From contig CM052817.1 of the NCBI GenBank assembly GCA_028534125.1, positions 74,836,001-74,900,000 on the forward strand: a stretch of 64,000 bases of DNA, read 5' to 3'. Made by a program: the position numbers and the translations under genes. Below, one piece after another: positions 1 to 12,639 of this stretch. Each line of letters starts with the position of its first letter. The stretch's first letter is position 1. The notes under the pieces are model-generated. The model saw nothing but the letters and a program-made list of their open reading frames with translations. It searched no databases and was not told the DNA's origin. The stretch is from Lama glama (Eukaryota).

Positions 1-885
1 CAGAATAGTGACAGTCATTCTTTACAGTCGCGTTGCCATCACCTTGAATCCACCTAATTGTGCTGTGCTGGTTTCATTTACGGCACGGACAACATTGTAT
101 CTACCCTAAGTCTGACAAAGGGCATTTATTTTTGCTAAGTTCTATCGAAGCATTGCTTTATGGTTTGGTTTTAGTAGGCCTGAAATTGTGAAACTGAGAT
201 GCAAAGCCTTTCTCAAATAAGCGGCAGACAACTTTGAGGACATGAACTGGTTGCCATACGAGTTCGTTTATTGCACTGAACGTCACTCTCATTATTAATT
301 TTGGGAATGGGTGAGACATATTAAAAGCCATATATTCTGCACTTGTTTGTAATCTCTTCTTTAGGAGTATGCTTTTACAGGTTTATTGAACCATAAGCAC
401 TATTTGTAGTGAACAGGAGAGAATCATTCCCTAAACTCCTGCGGGGAGGCAGGGGAAGACATGCTGACATCGATAACTATTAATGTAAATGTATTAGAGG
501 AAGCTTGGTTTACTTAATCAGCAGGGGCATGCCTTGTGTTGTTATTTCCAAGTGTAGGGGAAAACTTCATTAGACTTCTTTCAGTGGATAAGGAACAACC
601 CAATCTTATTACTACTTTTCCTGTCCTTCCATTACCCTCTCTAATTGTCTAATTGCTGGTTCTAATCCGCTGTGAACTGGGAAATTATATAATCAAGCTC
701 GTTACGATTTTGTCTACAATTTAATAGGCTTTATATCAGGCCTTGTGAGGGAGTCAAGTACATGCGCTTTTAAATATATATTTTGGCTGCCTGGAGCTTT
801 TGTTTTTGTTTGTTTGTTATTTTGCTTCTTTATACTTTTTATTTACATTTTCAATTATGCAAGTATATGATTTTATTTTCCCAAG

Positions 886-1417
886 ATGACGGCAGCACTA
901 TCCCCCCTCCCACATTCTCTTCTGCAAGGTGCCCATGCCCCGCTCCATCAAGAGGGGGAGGCCCCCTCCCCTCGCCGTGGATTTGTACTGGCTTTAGTGA
1001 CTTGGCTGTGATGAATAGAATATGATGTCAGTGCTGCTGTGTGACATGCCCTGGACCATGTTCCCTGGACATGTCACACCCTCAGAACACACAACCACTA
1101 GACTGTGAGAAAGTCACACAGAGAGGCCTTGTCACACTGAACTCAGCTTGGAGCCATCCCAGCCCAAGAACCCTTTAAGAGGTGAGTGGAGAAGTGAAGA
1201 ATCCTCCAGAAGATTCCAGGCCCCAGCCATTCAAGTCATATCCAGGTAGTCATGTCTTCCTAGAGGTGGCACCAGGTATTCTGAGCAGAGACAAGTTGTT
1301 CTGGATGTGTCCTGTTTAAAGTCCCAGCCCACTGGATCCATGAGCATAAAAAAATGGCTACCGTTATATGCTGGTAGGTTTGGAAGGTCTGTCAGGCAAT
1401 AATAGACAACTGCAAAA
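886..1417 (+). mobile_element. ERVL-MaLR (MLT1-type) solo LTR, old
   Basis: MLT1-like phrases: ctccatcaagagg..., ctttagtgacttgg...aatagaatatg, cccagcccactggatccatgagcata, and a 3' end gcaataatagacaactg. Confidence 0.7.
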
Positions 1418-1895
1418 TTATTATGTGATTATATTTGCTTATACATAATTTAATAAATACAGAGTAAAACATAGATGTGTCCCCTTCCCAATTCTGCCCC
1501 CAATACTGGTCACTTTCATAAAGCTAATGGTGGCCATCTGCATTTTATTTCTAACTAGTAAATTACTTGGGAGAAGAGACTATATCTTTTTCACCTTTGC
1601 AACTTCTGCACAGAGTAGGCATGTAAAAAAAAAGTTTACTTAATCAAATGTATAATGGGATAAAGCTTACAAAAAGGGAAATTTGTGATACATAAAATGC
1701 CTATAAGATAAATTGTCCCTGGTATTCAAAAAGGAGACACTACATGAATAATGAGGATATTCCTTGGACTGTTCTTGAGTAGCATAATGATGTATAAATT
1801 CACAGCCAGTATTAATGATGCTGTATACACACCTACCAGTGATAATTTATGATGGCAAATAATGGAAATGAAGTCAAGCATGAGAACAGACTCAC

Positions 1896-2005
1896 GTTAG
1901 TGCTTCAGAGTAATTGTAATGAGGTGTAACTCCCAGGAACTTCTGGACTTCATCCATCACAGTAGCTGGGTCAGATCTCAGCTGCTGTCCATCAATAATT
2001 AGCAG
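1896..2005 (-). CDS. NDST4: NDST4 coding exon (110 nt, phase 0/2): [36 protein letters not shown](T)
   Basis: Read manually. Acceptor tttctaactctacag|CTG and donor AAC|gtgagt. Continues the frame of the previous exon. Confidence 0.97.
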
Positions 2006-2945
2006 CTGTAGAGTTAGAAATAATCACTTTATGAAGAACAAAACTAAATGAAGTCAACTGAGCTGCCTCCCTTGACCTGGTATGACAATTAGATCAGCGT
2101 GAATAGGAAGAAAATATACAATATATGCTACTTGGAATACATCATAATGTTTACTTTTCCTGTGTCCTTCCAAATAAACAACAAAGTTTGCCAAAGGCAC
2201 TATTTATAACCCTTAACTAACTTGATTGTAAATCAGAAATAAACATTGACACTCTCTTGATTTAGTAGTTCAGCAGAAACACGGTTTTCCATCTGTTCCA
2301 TAATCAGGTAATTATCCAGCCTACGAAATCCCATGAGTTACCCTTGGAGCCAAGGGCTTAGAAATAGTGGGCATACAGATGAAAATTACCTATATCTTTT
2401 CCCTGCAAACCACAATGAGAACTCAGGTTTCAGTGGCAACCTGATCTGGAATGAAGAAGATACAGGAGACAGACGCTTTTCTCAAATCCTAATTTCGCCT
2501 TCTATCCCAAGTTCCTGGAGCTATAACAGCACTTCCCATTTTGACAGTCTAATCCACGACCTCCTTCTTGCCATGTAAGAGTCCCACAGGACAGATGACA
2601 CAAGGGTATCTGCACATGCTGGTCCACAAAGGTTTTGTCTAACTGGCTGCTCTGCTATTGGCTGAGAGTTACTGCCTGTGAAACACGTGATGTCTCCCGT
2701 GCAAGGACTTAACCACTCCAAGGCCAGCTACTATCCAAGAAGATCCCTAAAATGTGTTTCACAGCCACTTAACACTGTAATGCTATTATTGACATTAAAA
2801 ATGTAAAAATCCATGTTTCTTCCTTAGGTATTATCATCTCTGATAATAAATTGCTATCTGTGGCAATGTTAATTTATATTTCCTGTTTGTCAGTGCAAAG
2901 TAATCATGATATAATAAACAGAAGAAATTCATTTCAGGACATTAC

Positions 2946-3116
2946 CTGAGAAGTAGCAAAGTAAGTTAGCCATCTTTCTATGTGGACTGCATACCATCCA
3001 GGTACTAGGCATCTCCTCTGCAAAGTTTTCAGTTCAGATGGGGCCCAATGGCCTGTCGTAATAACTTCATAGAAATTAAACCTCAGGGCAGCTGGATCTT
3101 CATGTGATCGTTGGTG
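2946..3116 (-). CDS. NDST4: NDST4 coding exon (171 nt, phase 0/0): [57 protein letters not shown]
   Basis: Acceptor tttttttattaaag|CAC and donor CAG|gtaatg. Lies inside ORF 2934..3146. Confidence 0.97.
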
Positions 3117-3829
3117 CTTTAATAAAAAAATCAATTGGAAAGTCAATTTTCTTTATGCCTGCATGGGTATGTATGCATGTGTGGGTGTTTGATATGTGTA
3201 TATGTGTGTTGGTGTCTTTTATTTCAAAAAAGTAGTGGAAAATTATTAATTGATTCTAGAATGAAAAATAAGGTGAAAAGTGCATCCTATATTGAAACCT
3301 AGGGATTGCATATTGCTTATTTAAAGTACAAGCCTTCCGTATCTCTCAAGTACCATTCAGATAAGCCTGTGGTTGTCTTCACGCCTAAAAGGTGCAAGGT
3401 GCAAGACAAGAGACAGGGTGCCAGGATTTCCTCCATGGGTCTGATCAGAAGTGAAAAGATGTCAGGGGCCAGACAAACCAAGCCTGATGAACAGAGACTT
3501 TGATTTTGGCAGGAGTAGGTTTACCTATTACTGTGCTCATTGTTCCATTACAGCCGCTCCTGCGGGTTCTGAAAATCCCCCAGTATCCCTGTGCGGCAGG
3601 TGCTACGGGTATAGAAGGCGGATGTCTATTCCTGATGCAGGCTGAGGTGTCATATTCATGTTGATGTTGCCCAAGGCGCTTTGCTTTTGCTCTCCCAAGG
3701 GTTCCACCTAACTGCTCATTCCTAAATACCAACTCACTACTGTTTTTTAGTACTGAATCCTCCGAGTCTTTCACATCAGATCATCAGTGGTCAAGCTCAA
3801 GAGCCCAACACAAGTCAATTCAATTTCAT

Positions 3830-4350
3830 AAGCATTATTAAGGCCCTTGCCAGAACAAAGACCCACACTAGCTTCTAGAAATAAAAAGACATAGGCAAGA
3901 CAAAAATCACTATCTTCAAAGAAATCCAAATCTTGTTGAAAGACAATAGATTAACAGATTGTAATGAAGTCACATATTTGATTACAGAAATAACTTATTT
4001 GCTATGATGGCCAGACCAATGACTGATTAGATCTGAATGAAAGATGAAGAAATCTTTTTTAACGGTTGAAGCTTTTGAGCTAAAATGTAGTGAGAAAGAT
4101 TTTGATAAGCAGAAATGAATAAACATGCAAACTAAGAAAACTTTATCTCTAAAGTAAATCTGATTGAAGTTGGATGAGGTGTGTGCGAATGGATGAATTG
4201 ATTTTGCAAAATATCTAAAAGTGAACATAGAGAAAATTTACGACAGGATTAGGCTGGAAGTATAATAGGGCCTGACAGAATTATGTCATAGCAGGACTTA
4301 TACGTAAATGGGAAGTAAAAATTACTAAGAAAGTAAAGATGATTAAAAAG
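3830..4350 (+). mobile_element. L2 LINE relic (purine-rich orientation on +)
   Basis: Degenerate L2-like tract, e.g. gcttttgagctaaaatg and the downstream purine-rich sequence. Boundaries are approximate. Confidence 0.4.
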
Positions 4351-5837
4351 TGGTGAATGGTTAAGGAGTAACTAGTGAGTGGTAGATTGGTAGAAATAAT
4401 AAAATTTTTGAACCTTATTATTATATATTTATTGACCTTATTTATAAATGTATTATGCTACATAAATGGAGATAACATAATGCATTTAATTAATATAAGG
4501 TGCAGAAACTACAAAACTTGAATAAGGAAATATAAACATACTATGCACATATTAATACAGTGATGCTAACATTTCTGCTTTACACAGTGATAATATGGAA
4601 TTGTACTTAATCTGCTCTATAATGACTTATACCAGTTTAACACCAACCTTTTTTTTATATTTCTACAACTAAAAAGATTAGCATAAAAATATGACCAGAT
4701 GCCAAAAAGGGACAGGAAAAATTAGCACTGTAGGTCCTCTGTGAGGCCCATTATAAAAATGTGGCGTAGAAATTATAGTGGCAGGCGACATTTGTAGGAG
4801 TTTCTGAATTACACCTGCTAAGATTGAGATTTACGGTACTTACTGAATAGACAGGACTGGCTAAGTAATAGGTTTCATTATTTTGAAATCTGGAGCAGGC
4901 TGGGGACCCTACTCTTAGCAATATAACAATAAGAAGTATCAGAAAAAATATTCTTTTTACACATGTATGTTCAAAGAATTTACTTGAAGAAGTATGCATA
5001 GATTCTCTTTTATGTAAATGATTTCATCCATTTTTTTAAAAAGATTCATATATACCTGCTCTAAGTAGGGACCATGCTTTCTGTCAGGAAAATGTGCAAC
5101 ATTTGGTCCCAAATATTGGCATTCAAAATGTTTAATTAAGGCTTAATATCTCAATATTTTTGGCACAATTTTAAAAAGTAGGTTTATCTTGCTTTGCAAT
5201 ATGAATTTTGATAAAGTGAGAAAGACACATTTTTGTATCTTGAGGGAGTCATTGATTCATGGATTCTGATAAAATAATTTCTGAATTTTGCTCCCAAAAC
5301 AAGTGTTCCACTTGGATCCCCAACCACTTGCAGTCTCAATCGCAGTATCATATTTTTCTGTCCATCATCATTTGTTCTCAGCAATCTATGTTTATTAAAG
5401 GAATTTTGAAAAGTCAAGAAAAAGAAAGAAGAAAAATACAAATTACTTGCTATTTTGCTAAGTTATTAAAATTTTTTCTTTTAATTTTTTTTTATTTTGA
5501 CTTTAATTTCTTGTGCCCTCATATCATTGGGATTTTAGTACATATGGATTGTTACCACCATAAATTCAAAATCATCAGCTTTAATTAGCCTTTAATTGCC
5601 GCAGGCAATGTTACATTTCTCTGGTCAACTTTATTTCACTCCTGTACCAAGCTTTCAGATTCCTTTATTCTCTCCTCAAACTACTGCCTCTCAAAATCCT
5701 CTTCCTTTTCATCAGATTAACTCATTCTTAACTTTAAAGGAAAAAGAGGTCATCATAGTTATTTTAATTTCTCTATCCCAGACCTTCAAATTTACCAGCA
5801 TGTACATTTACACCCTACTCTACCCCTTAATTTTTAA

Positions 5838-6180
5838 TGCGGGGGTTCTCAATCAGAGACCCACTGATATAAATCAGAGGATCTATGAACGCGAATCTGC
5901 AAAAAGAAAAAAAAAGCCTCTTTATTTTTAGTAATATCTAAGTAAAATTCAGTATTTATTGTACTTGTGATTTTACCACCGGTAAAAATCTCTTATTTCA
6001 CGATACAGGTCTTTCAGACATATCACGTGTGGTTTCTGCCCATCACTACTTCCAAATTACAGTAGTATTAGTCCCATCATTTGATCTTGCCATTTACTGA
6101 TTTAATAAATAATATTTGTGACTGATTTAAAAAGTGATTTTGATAACTATATTTCTATGTAGTTGTTTCCTTTGTAGTAC
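5838..6180. mobile_element. hAT-Charlie-type DNA transposon (MER) fragment
   Basis: Starts with a ggggttctcaa terminal-like motif followed by MER-like internal sequence. Confidence 0.45.
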
Positions 6181-6559
6181 TATGCAGTGTAAGACCCCAC
6201 CAGACTGGCAGAAGGAGCCCAGCACAGGAAAAGTGAAAAACTCTGGAAAAGGAGTGCTTCCCTCCCACCTGAGCTACTTCCTGGAGCCTTTTTCCTGGCC
6301 CCTCCGGCTCCTCACTGATTGATTCCCCATCCCCCCCCCCCAGGTGGGAGCTTTAACACCCCTCTCCCTTTGAAAACATCTCATTATAATTCAAATCACC
6401 ACCCCATAGAACACATTGTCCTTGACCCACTGTGTCTAGTTTCTCTCCTTCAGAATCACATTTGTTTGCATCTTTTGCAAGGGCCACCTCTATTTCTTCA
6501 TCCTCACCTACTTATTTCTCCGCCATTTCCATCTGGGTTTGCTCTTTTCACTCTGTTGC

Positions 6560-7680
6560 TAAAGTTTCCACTTCCCTCCATATTTTTCAACTCAGTGAAA
6601 ATAATTCAGGTCTTGTTTTGCCTACTTGTCCAATATCTTAGGAGCTGTCTGACACTATTGTCTCCTCCTCCACTTCACAATACTCCTTTCCTTGTATTAG
6701 GTGTCAATACGCTGATGGATTTTTTTCCTTCTACTCCTGTGGATTATTCTCTTGTCTCACTGGCTGCCTCACCTGTTCTGTACTTTTCTTCTCTAAACCT
6801 TCTCTTTAGGCAAATTCACCATTTTTTGTGGCTTTTGCCTCTGATTCACAAATTTCTGTCTCCCGCTCAGACCTCTTTGTTCCTTTTGGCATGACAGTGA
6901 TTCTGTACCTCCTGATCACCAGGTGTTCAATCCTTAGCCTCCCCACAACCCCCAACAACTCCTGAATCCTTCAGTGCTTCTTTTTCATGGGAATATATGG
7001 TCATTACCCAGTTGCCCGGATTGGAAATTTCGTTTATACTTGACACTGTTTTCTCAACAGGTTCTGTTGATTTTAATCCTTAAACATCTTTTGATACTTT
7101 CTCGATCTCTTTTGGTAGTTTCTATTTACTCTTTCTGCCCCTGCTGCCTCCGTCTCTCAGCAGGACTACTGCAACAGTCTCTACTTGATTTTACTGAGTG
7201 GTCATTTCTGCCACTCCGATCCATTCTTCCACGAGCAGATAGCATCAAGTTTTCCAAGGGGAATTCTGGTAACTACACACCAGCTTAACATTTTCCAAAG
7301 GCTTTTGATTGCTCAAAGAATGGTCCCCACATGGTTCTCCTACTTGGCTTCCAGCACCTCGTGCCTCGAAGACTCATCGCCCATAGGTCTCCACCTCGGG
7401 TTTTACTCTATAACCATAGGACGTTAATTCTTTAACTGTGCACTGGTTCTTTGCACCAGTGGACTACACAGACTTTCCCTCTCCCTCAGTTGCCCTCTAC
7501 CCTCACTCAGTTGATACCTACTCATCCTTCAGTTTTAAGTCTAAAGTTTATTTCTACAGAGAATGCTCTCATAGAATCTTCCATACTTCCTCACAGAGCA
7601 TTCAAAATTTCTAACTATATATCTTTATGCATATTTAGTATCTACCCACACATTAGAATGAACATAATGTTTTAATTATC
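6560..7680. mobile_element. L2 LINE relic (pyrimidine-rich orientation on +)
   Basis: CT-rich degenerate sequence with L2 3'-region phrases (cctactcatccttcag..., acccacacattagaatgaac). Confidence 0.55.
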
Positions 7681-7689
7681 ATTGTATTG

Positions 7690-8500
7690 ATTAAAACCAT
7701 CATTAAATGCTGAAGAATACTCCATTTCGTGTGACACAATTCTACATTGTTGGCTATTTACTTTTCCTTTTGTTGGTATTATTATTACGGCTGGTACTGT
7801 CATGAATAAAAAAAGGGCTATATGTTTTTCACCCTTTTGAAGTTCTCTTTATGATCACTTCCAGAAGAGGAATCACAACACAAAAGGATCTTTATCAACC
7901 TTTTTTGATAAATATTGTCAAATTAGCTTTCAGAAAATACCTCCCTATGTATCCTTCTATTGGAATGTTTGGGAACCTTTATCGTCACACCCTTGATAGC
8001 AGAGAGAATAAATATGACAGTTTTTGTCAAGATGATATTTTAAAAAGTATCATTTTGATTTACATTTTGTTGATCCCTATTTGGGTTGATCATTTTCATA
8101 TAAATTGTTGAGTAATTGCATTTGTGTGTATATGTGTGAATTTGTTTATCTATTTTTCTACTAAAATATTACATTTATTATTTAATTTTTGTCAATGGGC
8201 AGAAGCTTTTTTTTTAAACAAATTAAGGAATTTATGTCATTTACCATGTATTGCTAAAGATACTCTACTTAGATTTTTACTTTTTTATTTTGTTAATTGT
8301 GACAGATCAACTATCTTACATGTTTATATGGCTCAGATTGATTAATTTTTTGGTGTGTGATTTTTTTCTCTTATATTATGCTTGAAATTCCTTGCCCAAC
8401 TTGATATGAATTAAATATTCAGCTCATTTCTCATAATTTGTTTTGTTTGTCTAGCTCTTTTAATATTTAACTGTTCAATACATCTGGACTTTACTTGGAT
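7690..8500 (-). mobile_element. Old L1 (L1ME-like) fragment
   Basis: T-rich antisense L1 phrases (gaatactccatt..., ttgatcattttcatataaattgttg..., aaattccttgccc). Confidence 0.45.
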
Positions 8501-8567
8501 AATTCACCATTTCTTACATTCAAGCTATGACCACATGCTTTTAATAGTATTTTTTACTGCTTCATAC

Positions 8568-8742
8568 CTGGTACCAAGAGTATGCCCTGTCTGAGGGGTC
8601 AATGAGAATGGTGATGATCTTGGCTTTGGGGACCAGGGATGCAGCTCGCTTGGGAGCTTCTTCTGAATGGAAGTAATTAGCACTCTTTTCAAATAGAAAG
8701 TCGCTTGTAATGTTGGATGGAGTAGGGAAAAAGTCCATATAC
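8568..8742 (-). CDS. NDST4: NDST4 coding exon (175 nt, phase 2/0): (W)[58 protein letters not shown]
   Basis: Read manually. Acceptor tttctctgccttcag|G and donor CAG|gtatga. Contains FEKSANYF and the 3'-phosphate-binding DRAYSWY motif. Confidence 0.97.
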
Positions 8743-10629
8743 CTGAAGGCAGAGAAAGAAATTAATTAATTTGAGATATAATTTTTTTCTGCCATACGAT
8801 GGATATAAAATAATTTAAACATTTTTACATTAATTAATATTAATTTTTAACTATTGGTGTTACAATAGTCAAAACAGAGACTATTCTATACACTTCAAAT
8901 GTGAAAACAACCTAACATATTATTGTTCTAATGGACTATTTAGGACAGGGGAAAGAGTGCGATGAAATAGATGGGTTGCTAAGGAACAGAGGGAAATTCC
9001 TTTAGATTTTGGGTTGATGTTCTGTGCTACTGAAAGCTAAATCCAAAAAAATTAAGTTTACCCTTGGCAAAGAGCAAATTATACCATATTGCCTAGTAAA
9101 TGTTTTAAAATAGTAAATTTATGTTTTCAAACTTGAATATAAAATTCTTAACTTGAGATTAAAGTGCACAAAAGAGGAAAATGTATAAGTCAGAATAGCT
9201 ATAAAATACTAGGCAGATTAGGGCATAGCTGCTTTCCTCCTTTTTAACTTCTGCATAATTTGTAGTATGTGTAGCAATGTGAACACATTATAGTCTATCT
9301 AGGGTAATTAAGGGGATATTTCCTGCCAGTTGATCCTGTGGTGCCTTGATAGGTTCACTCCTCCATATGCTGTCAGAACATTCCTCTGTGTGTAGATTAT
9401 GGAATCAATATGTTCAGAGGTTAATTCAGTGCTAGGCGTTAATTATGTGTGTAACCCTCCTTATAGCTCATCACTTCTCTAACCCTCAAATGTTCTAGAA
9501 ATAAATGATGAGTGCAATTAAGAATTCATATAAGACACTTATTTTCCTCTTTGACATTTGTTATTATGTTTCCCAAATGTGAAGTGGTGAAAAGTCTCAT
9601 CTATATTCCTGCTTAACAATTTGTGTTCCACTTGAGCTCACACATAAAATTGCTGCTCTACTTTGAGTAACTTACATGCAATTTCAAAAGTCATTTAGCC
9701 TGCTTTAAGTAAGGTAAAATAGTGATAGCCCAGGTGCAGAGTGGACACGTCTCTACTCACAGTGAGAAGTCGGATCTGCTCACTGGCATCGCCCCTACCC
9801 CACTCTAAGCCTAGCTGCATCTTAAAAGAATGGGCCTCTCATTGAGGACAGGTTCACGTGTGACGTTGACATCAAGTCACCTGTTACAGAGGTATGCATT
9901 GAGGGGAATTTTCTTCAGGGGAGATTTGCCTTGTATATTTGGGAACTGGAAATCAGAACCGTATTTTCTTAGAAAACTGGGATAGAGCTAGAAAAAAGCC
10001 CCAGAGTGAAGATCAGTGCCAATATCAGGTTTACTCTATTTCAGTTTAGGGAAAATATTGTGATTTTTAAGTTTTCATAACTTACCAAATATCAAGTAAT
10101 CTTCCTCTTATGCACATGTATGACTAGCATTAATAGGGTTTGGAAATGCTCTTTTGTTTGCAAGACAAATATCAGCTTATATTATAACACACCATTTATA
10201 ATCTAGGTGGTTAATGAAGATACACGTCACAGATTATAAAATAAAACTACCTCAAGCGTCATTGTGAAGATAAATTATGTATTTAGTTAAAAACATTGTA
10301 GGCACAGTAAAATAATAATATGCTTAAGGAGAATTTTAAATGTCTTTATGAATAATTCTGACGAAGAATATGCCATAATCCTCTTTATTCAATCATACTA
10401 ATTTACCAGAAAAATATTATCATTATTGCACTGTCCAAATCAAATTATAGGCAACACTGATTAAACATATTATCATTATAAATTAATTTCTAATTCACTA
10501 TGGTACAATTAAACATAAATTTATTCTGTAATTATGTAGATGCTATGCCTACATCTATAATTGCTCAGCTGTGACGGAGCATGTGTTAACAATGGACTTT
10601 ATTTTTACTGTTGGTTATTTTTTTCTTAC

Positions 10630-10753
10630 CAGTCAATTCCCTTGTGGTAGTTGTTGCCATTAAAGAATTGAACTTCTTCAAATGTTTTGGGGCTGGGGAG
10701 ATTGCTGATGATGGAAGGGTGCATAAGGAGAAATAAATAAAGTGCAGTCGTTC
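10630..10753 (-). CDS. NDST4: NDST4 coding exon (124 nt, phase 1/2): (G)[40 protein letters not shown](W)
   Basis: Read manually (not in the ORF track). Acceptor ttttttgtaatag|GA and donor CTG|gtaaga. Completes KTGTT and contains the FEEVQFF substrate-cleft motif. Confidence 0.97.
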
Positions 10754-12532
10754 CTATTACAAAAAAGGAGGCAAAAGGTTACATGGCAATCAAAGAAGCA
10801 ACAAATATATTTTACCAAAATTTTTGCTCAAAAAGTAATATTCAAAAGACCAATTCATTCCAGGGTCAAAATGATTTCCTGAACGTCAATTAAGTGCATT
10901 GTGTGTGGCAATGACTTAAGTGTTCTTATATTAGTCTTCAAGATTCTATTGATCTAAACAACTCATTTAATACGAGTACACAGCCAAAGTAAAGCAGACT
11001 GATGATACAGCGCGGGGAGAACTTCAGAAATCAGGTGGTTCTACTTCCCTCCTGGAGTCAGATGAGTGGCTAAAGCATCAAAGGCATCCAGCACAATATC
11101 TGAGTCTCAGTTAATATTATATTCAGATCAATTAAATTAAATCAATCTACTCAACAGATGTTGACTGGAGTAACTCTGTACAAGTTACTGTAGTAATGAT
11201 TGGTGATAACTCTTGATAAGAAGAACACATTGGCTGGCCTCAATACACTTAAAGTGTATGTGTGGACCTGGGTCAATAAATAGGTAATTGCAACATAGCA
11301 AGGCAGGTTCCATAATGAGAGGAGACCAGAGTGTTTTTCCAATACTTGAGAAAATGGGTGATTCAGACTTGGGAGGTCAGTGAAGGCTTCCAGGAGGAAG
11401 TGTTTTCTAAGACTGCACCTTAAAAATCATAAGTGTTTCTGGGAGGGTTGAAAGAGGAGTGTGGGGTTCTGGAAGATGGCCAGTGGAATGTCCTACCCTG
11501 TCAAGATGGGGCAGTCAAGTCTGATACCTGAGTTATTAGGCTGAACAGATTAGCTGACAGAACCCACTGAGTGTCCCCATCATAGAAGGCTCAGATGCCA
11601 CCTCTGAACTTTATTTCCGTTTGAGTGAGGCCAGAAACTGAGGGCCACAGCAGAAAGGATCATGAAGTGACTGGATCTTCACGGCTCTCAGAAATCAAAA
11701 CTTCCCTCTGGAAAAGGTTATCCCTTGTGTAACACGCTGGACCCAGGGGACTTTGGTGGATTTCCCAGCCCTAGGATTGTTGAGAATGAGCTACACAAGT
11801 GGGCTGGCAGGGCAATAACTATTGCAGCTGGGGATTTGGAAGCAGAGAAGATCTTCAGAGAACTGGCATTTTGTTCTCACATATCTCAGGTTCACATGAG
11901 CCAAGGCTACTGTGCTTTAAGCATTAACAAGAATGCTGCCTGTGTGGATCCTCACAGATTTACATGACTTCAGTACTGAATAGAACTGTGAGCAGTTAAA
12001 GGAAATGAAGAGCAGATCTAAGGGGACCAGCCACCCTCAATGGAAGACATGTTAAGACATTGAGAATGGGTGACTTCTAGGAAAAGGGAGGACAAAAATT
12101 ACACATGTCCTTAAGGAGATTTAATTACTAATTGAAAAATATGTTTAAAAAATAACAAATATAGAATCAAATTATACAAATGTAATAAAAAAAAATTAAA
12201 GGAGCCAGAACTGGTTAAGAACTGAATTAGAGGCCCAAAGGGCCGCCAAGCAGAAGAACCATCTCAAACACACTGAAAAATACAGACACGAAAGTCATGA
12301 GAGTCAATAGCAGTCTTGAGAACTGATCTGATTTTTCTCCAGAAAAGAATAGGAATTCACAAAGGAGAAAATGTGAAAGGAGGAACAAAAATGTTCCAAG
12401 GAGAAGAAATAAATTAGAGCTGGAGTAGCACAGAATAGCAGCTGGAAGGGACTAGGGAATCCAGATGGTTTTTTCTAAATACTTTTTAGGATGGGACCTA
12501 CATAAAAATATTTAGTTGATGATGAGAATGAA

Positions 12533-12639
12533 GTGTGTGTGCATGTGTGTATCTGTGTGTTTGTGTGTGTGTGTGTGAGAGAGAGATAGACAGACAGAGA
12601 AAGAGAGACCCAGAAAGAAAGAGAGAGGAGAGAGAGAGA
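12533..12639. repeat. Compound imperfect (TG)n/(GA)n microsatellite
   Basis: Directly visible in the sequence. Confidence 0.9.

Noticed and set aside
6319..6894. 191-aa ORF, the longest outside the gap
   Set aside because: Leu/Pro/Phe-rich translation of pyrimidine-rich, L2-like DNA with no recognisable domain.
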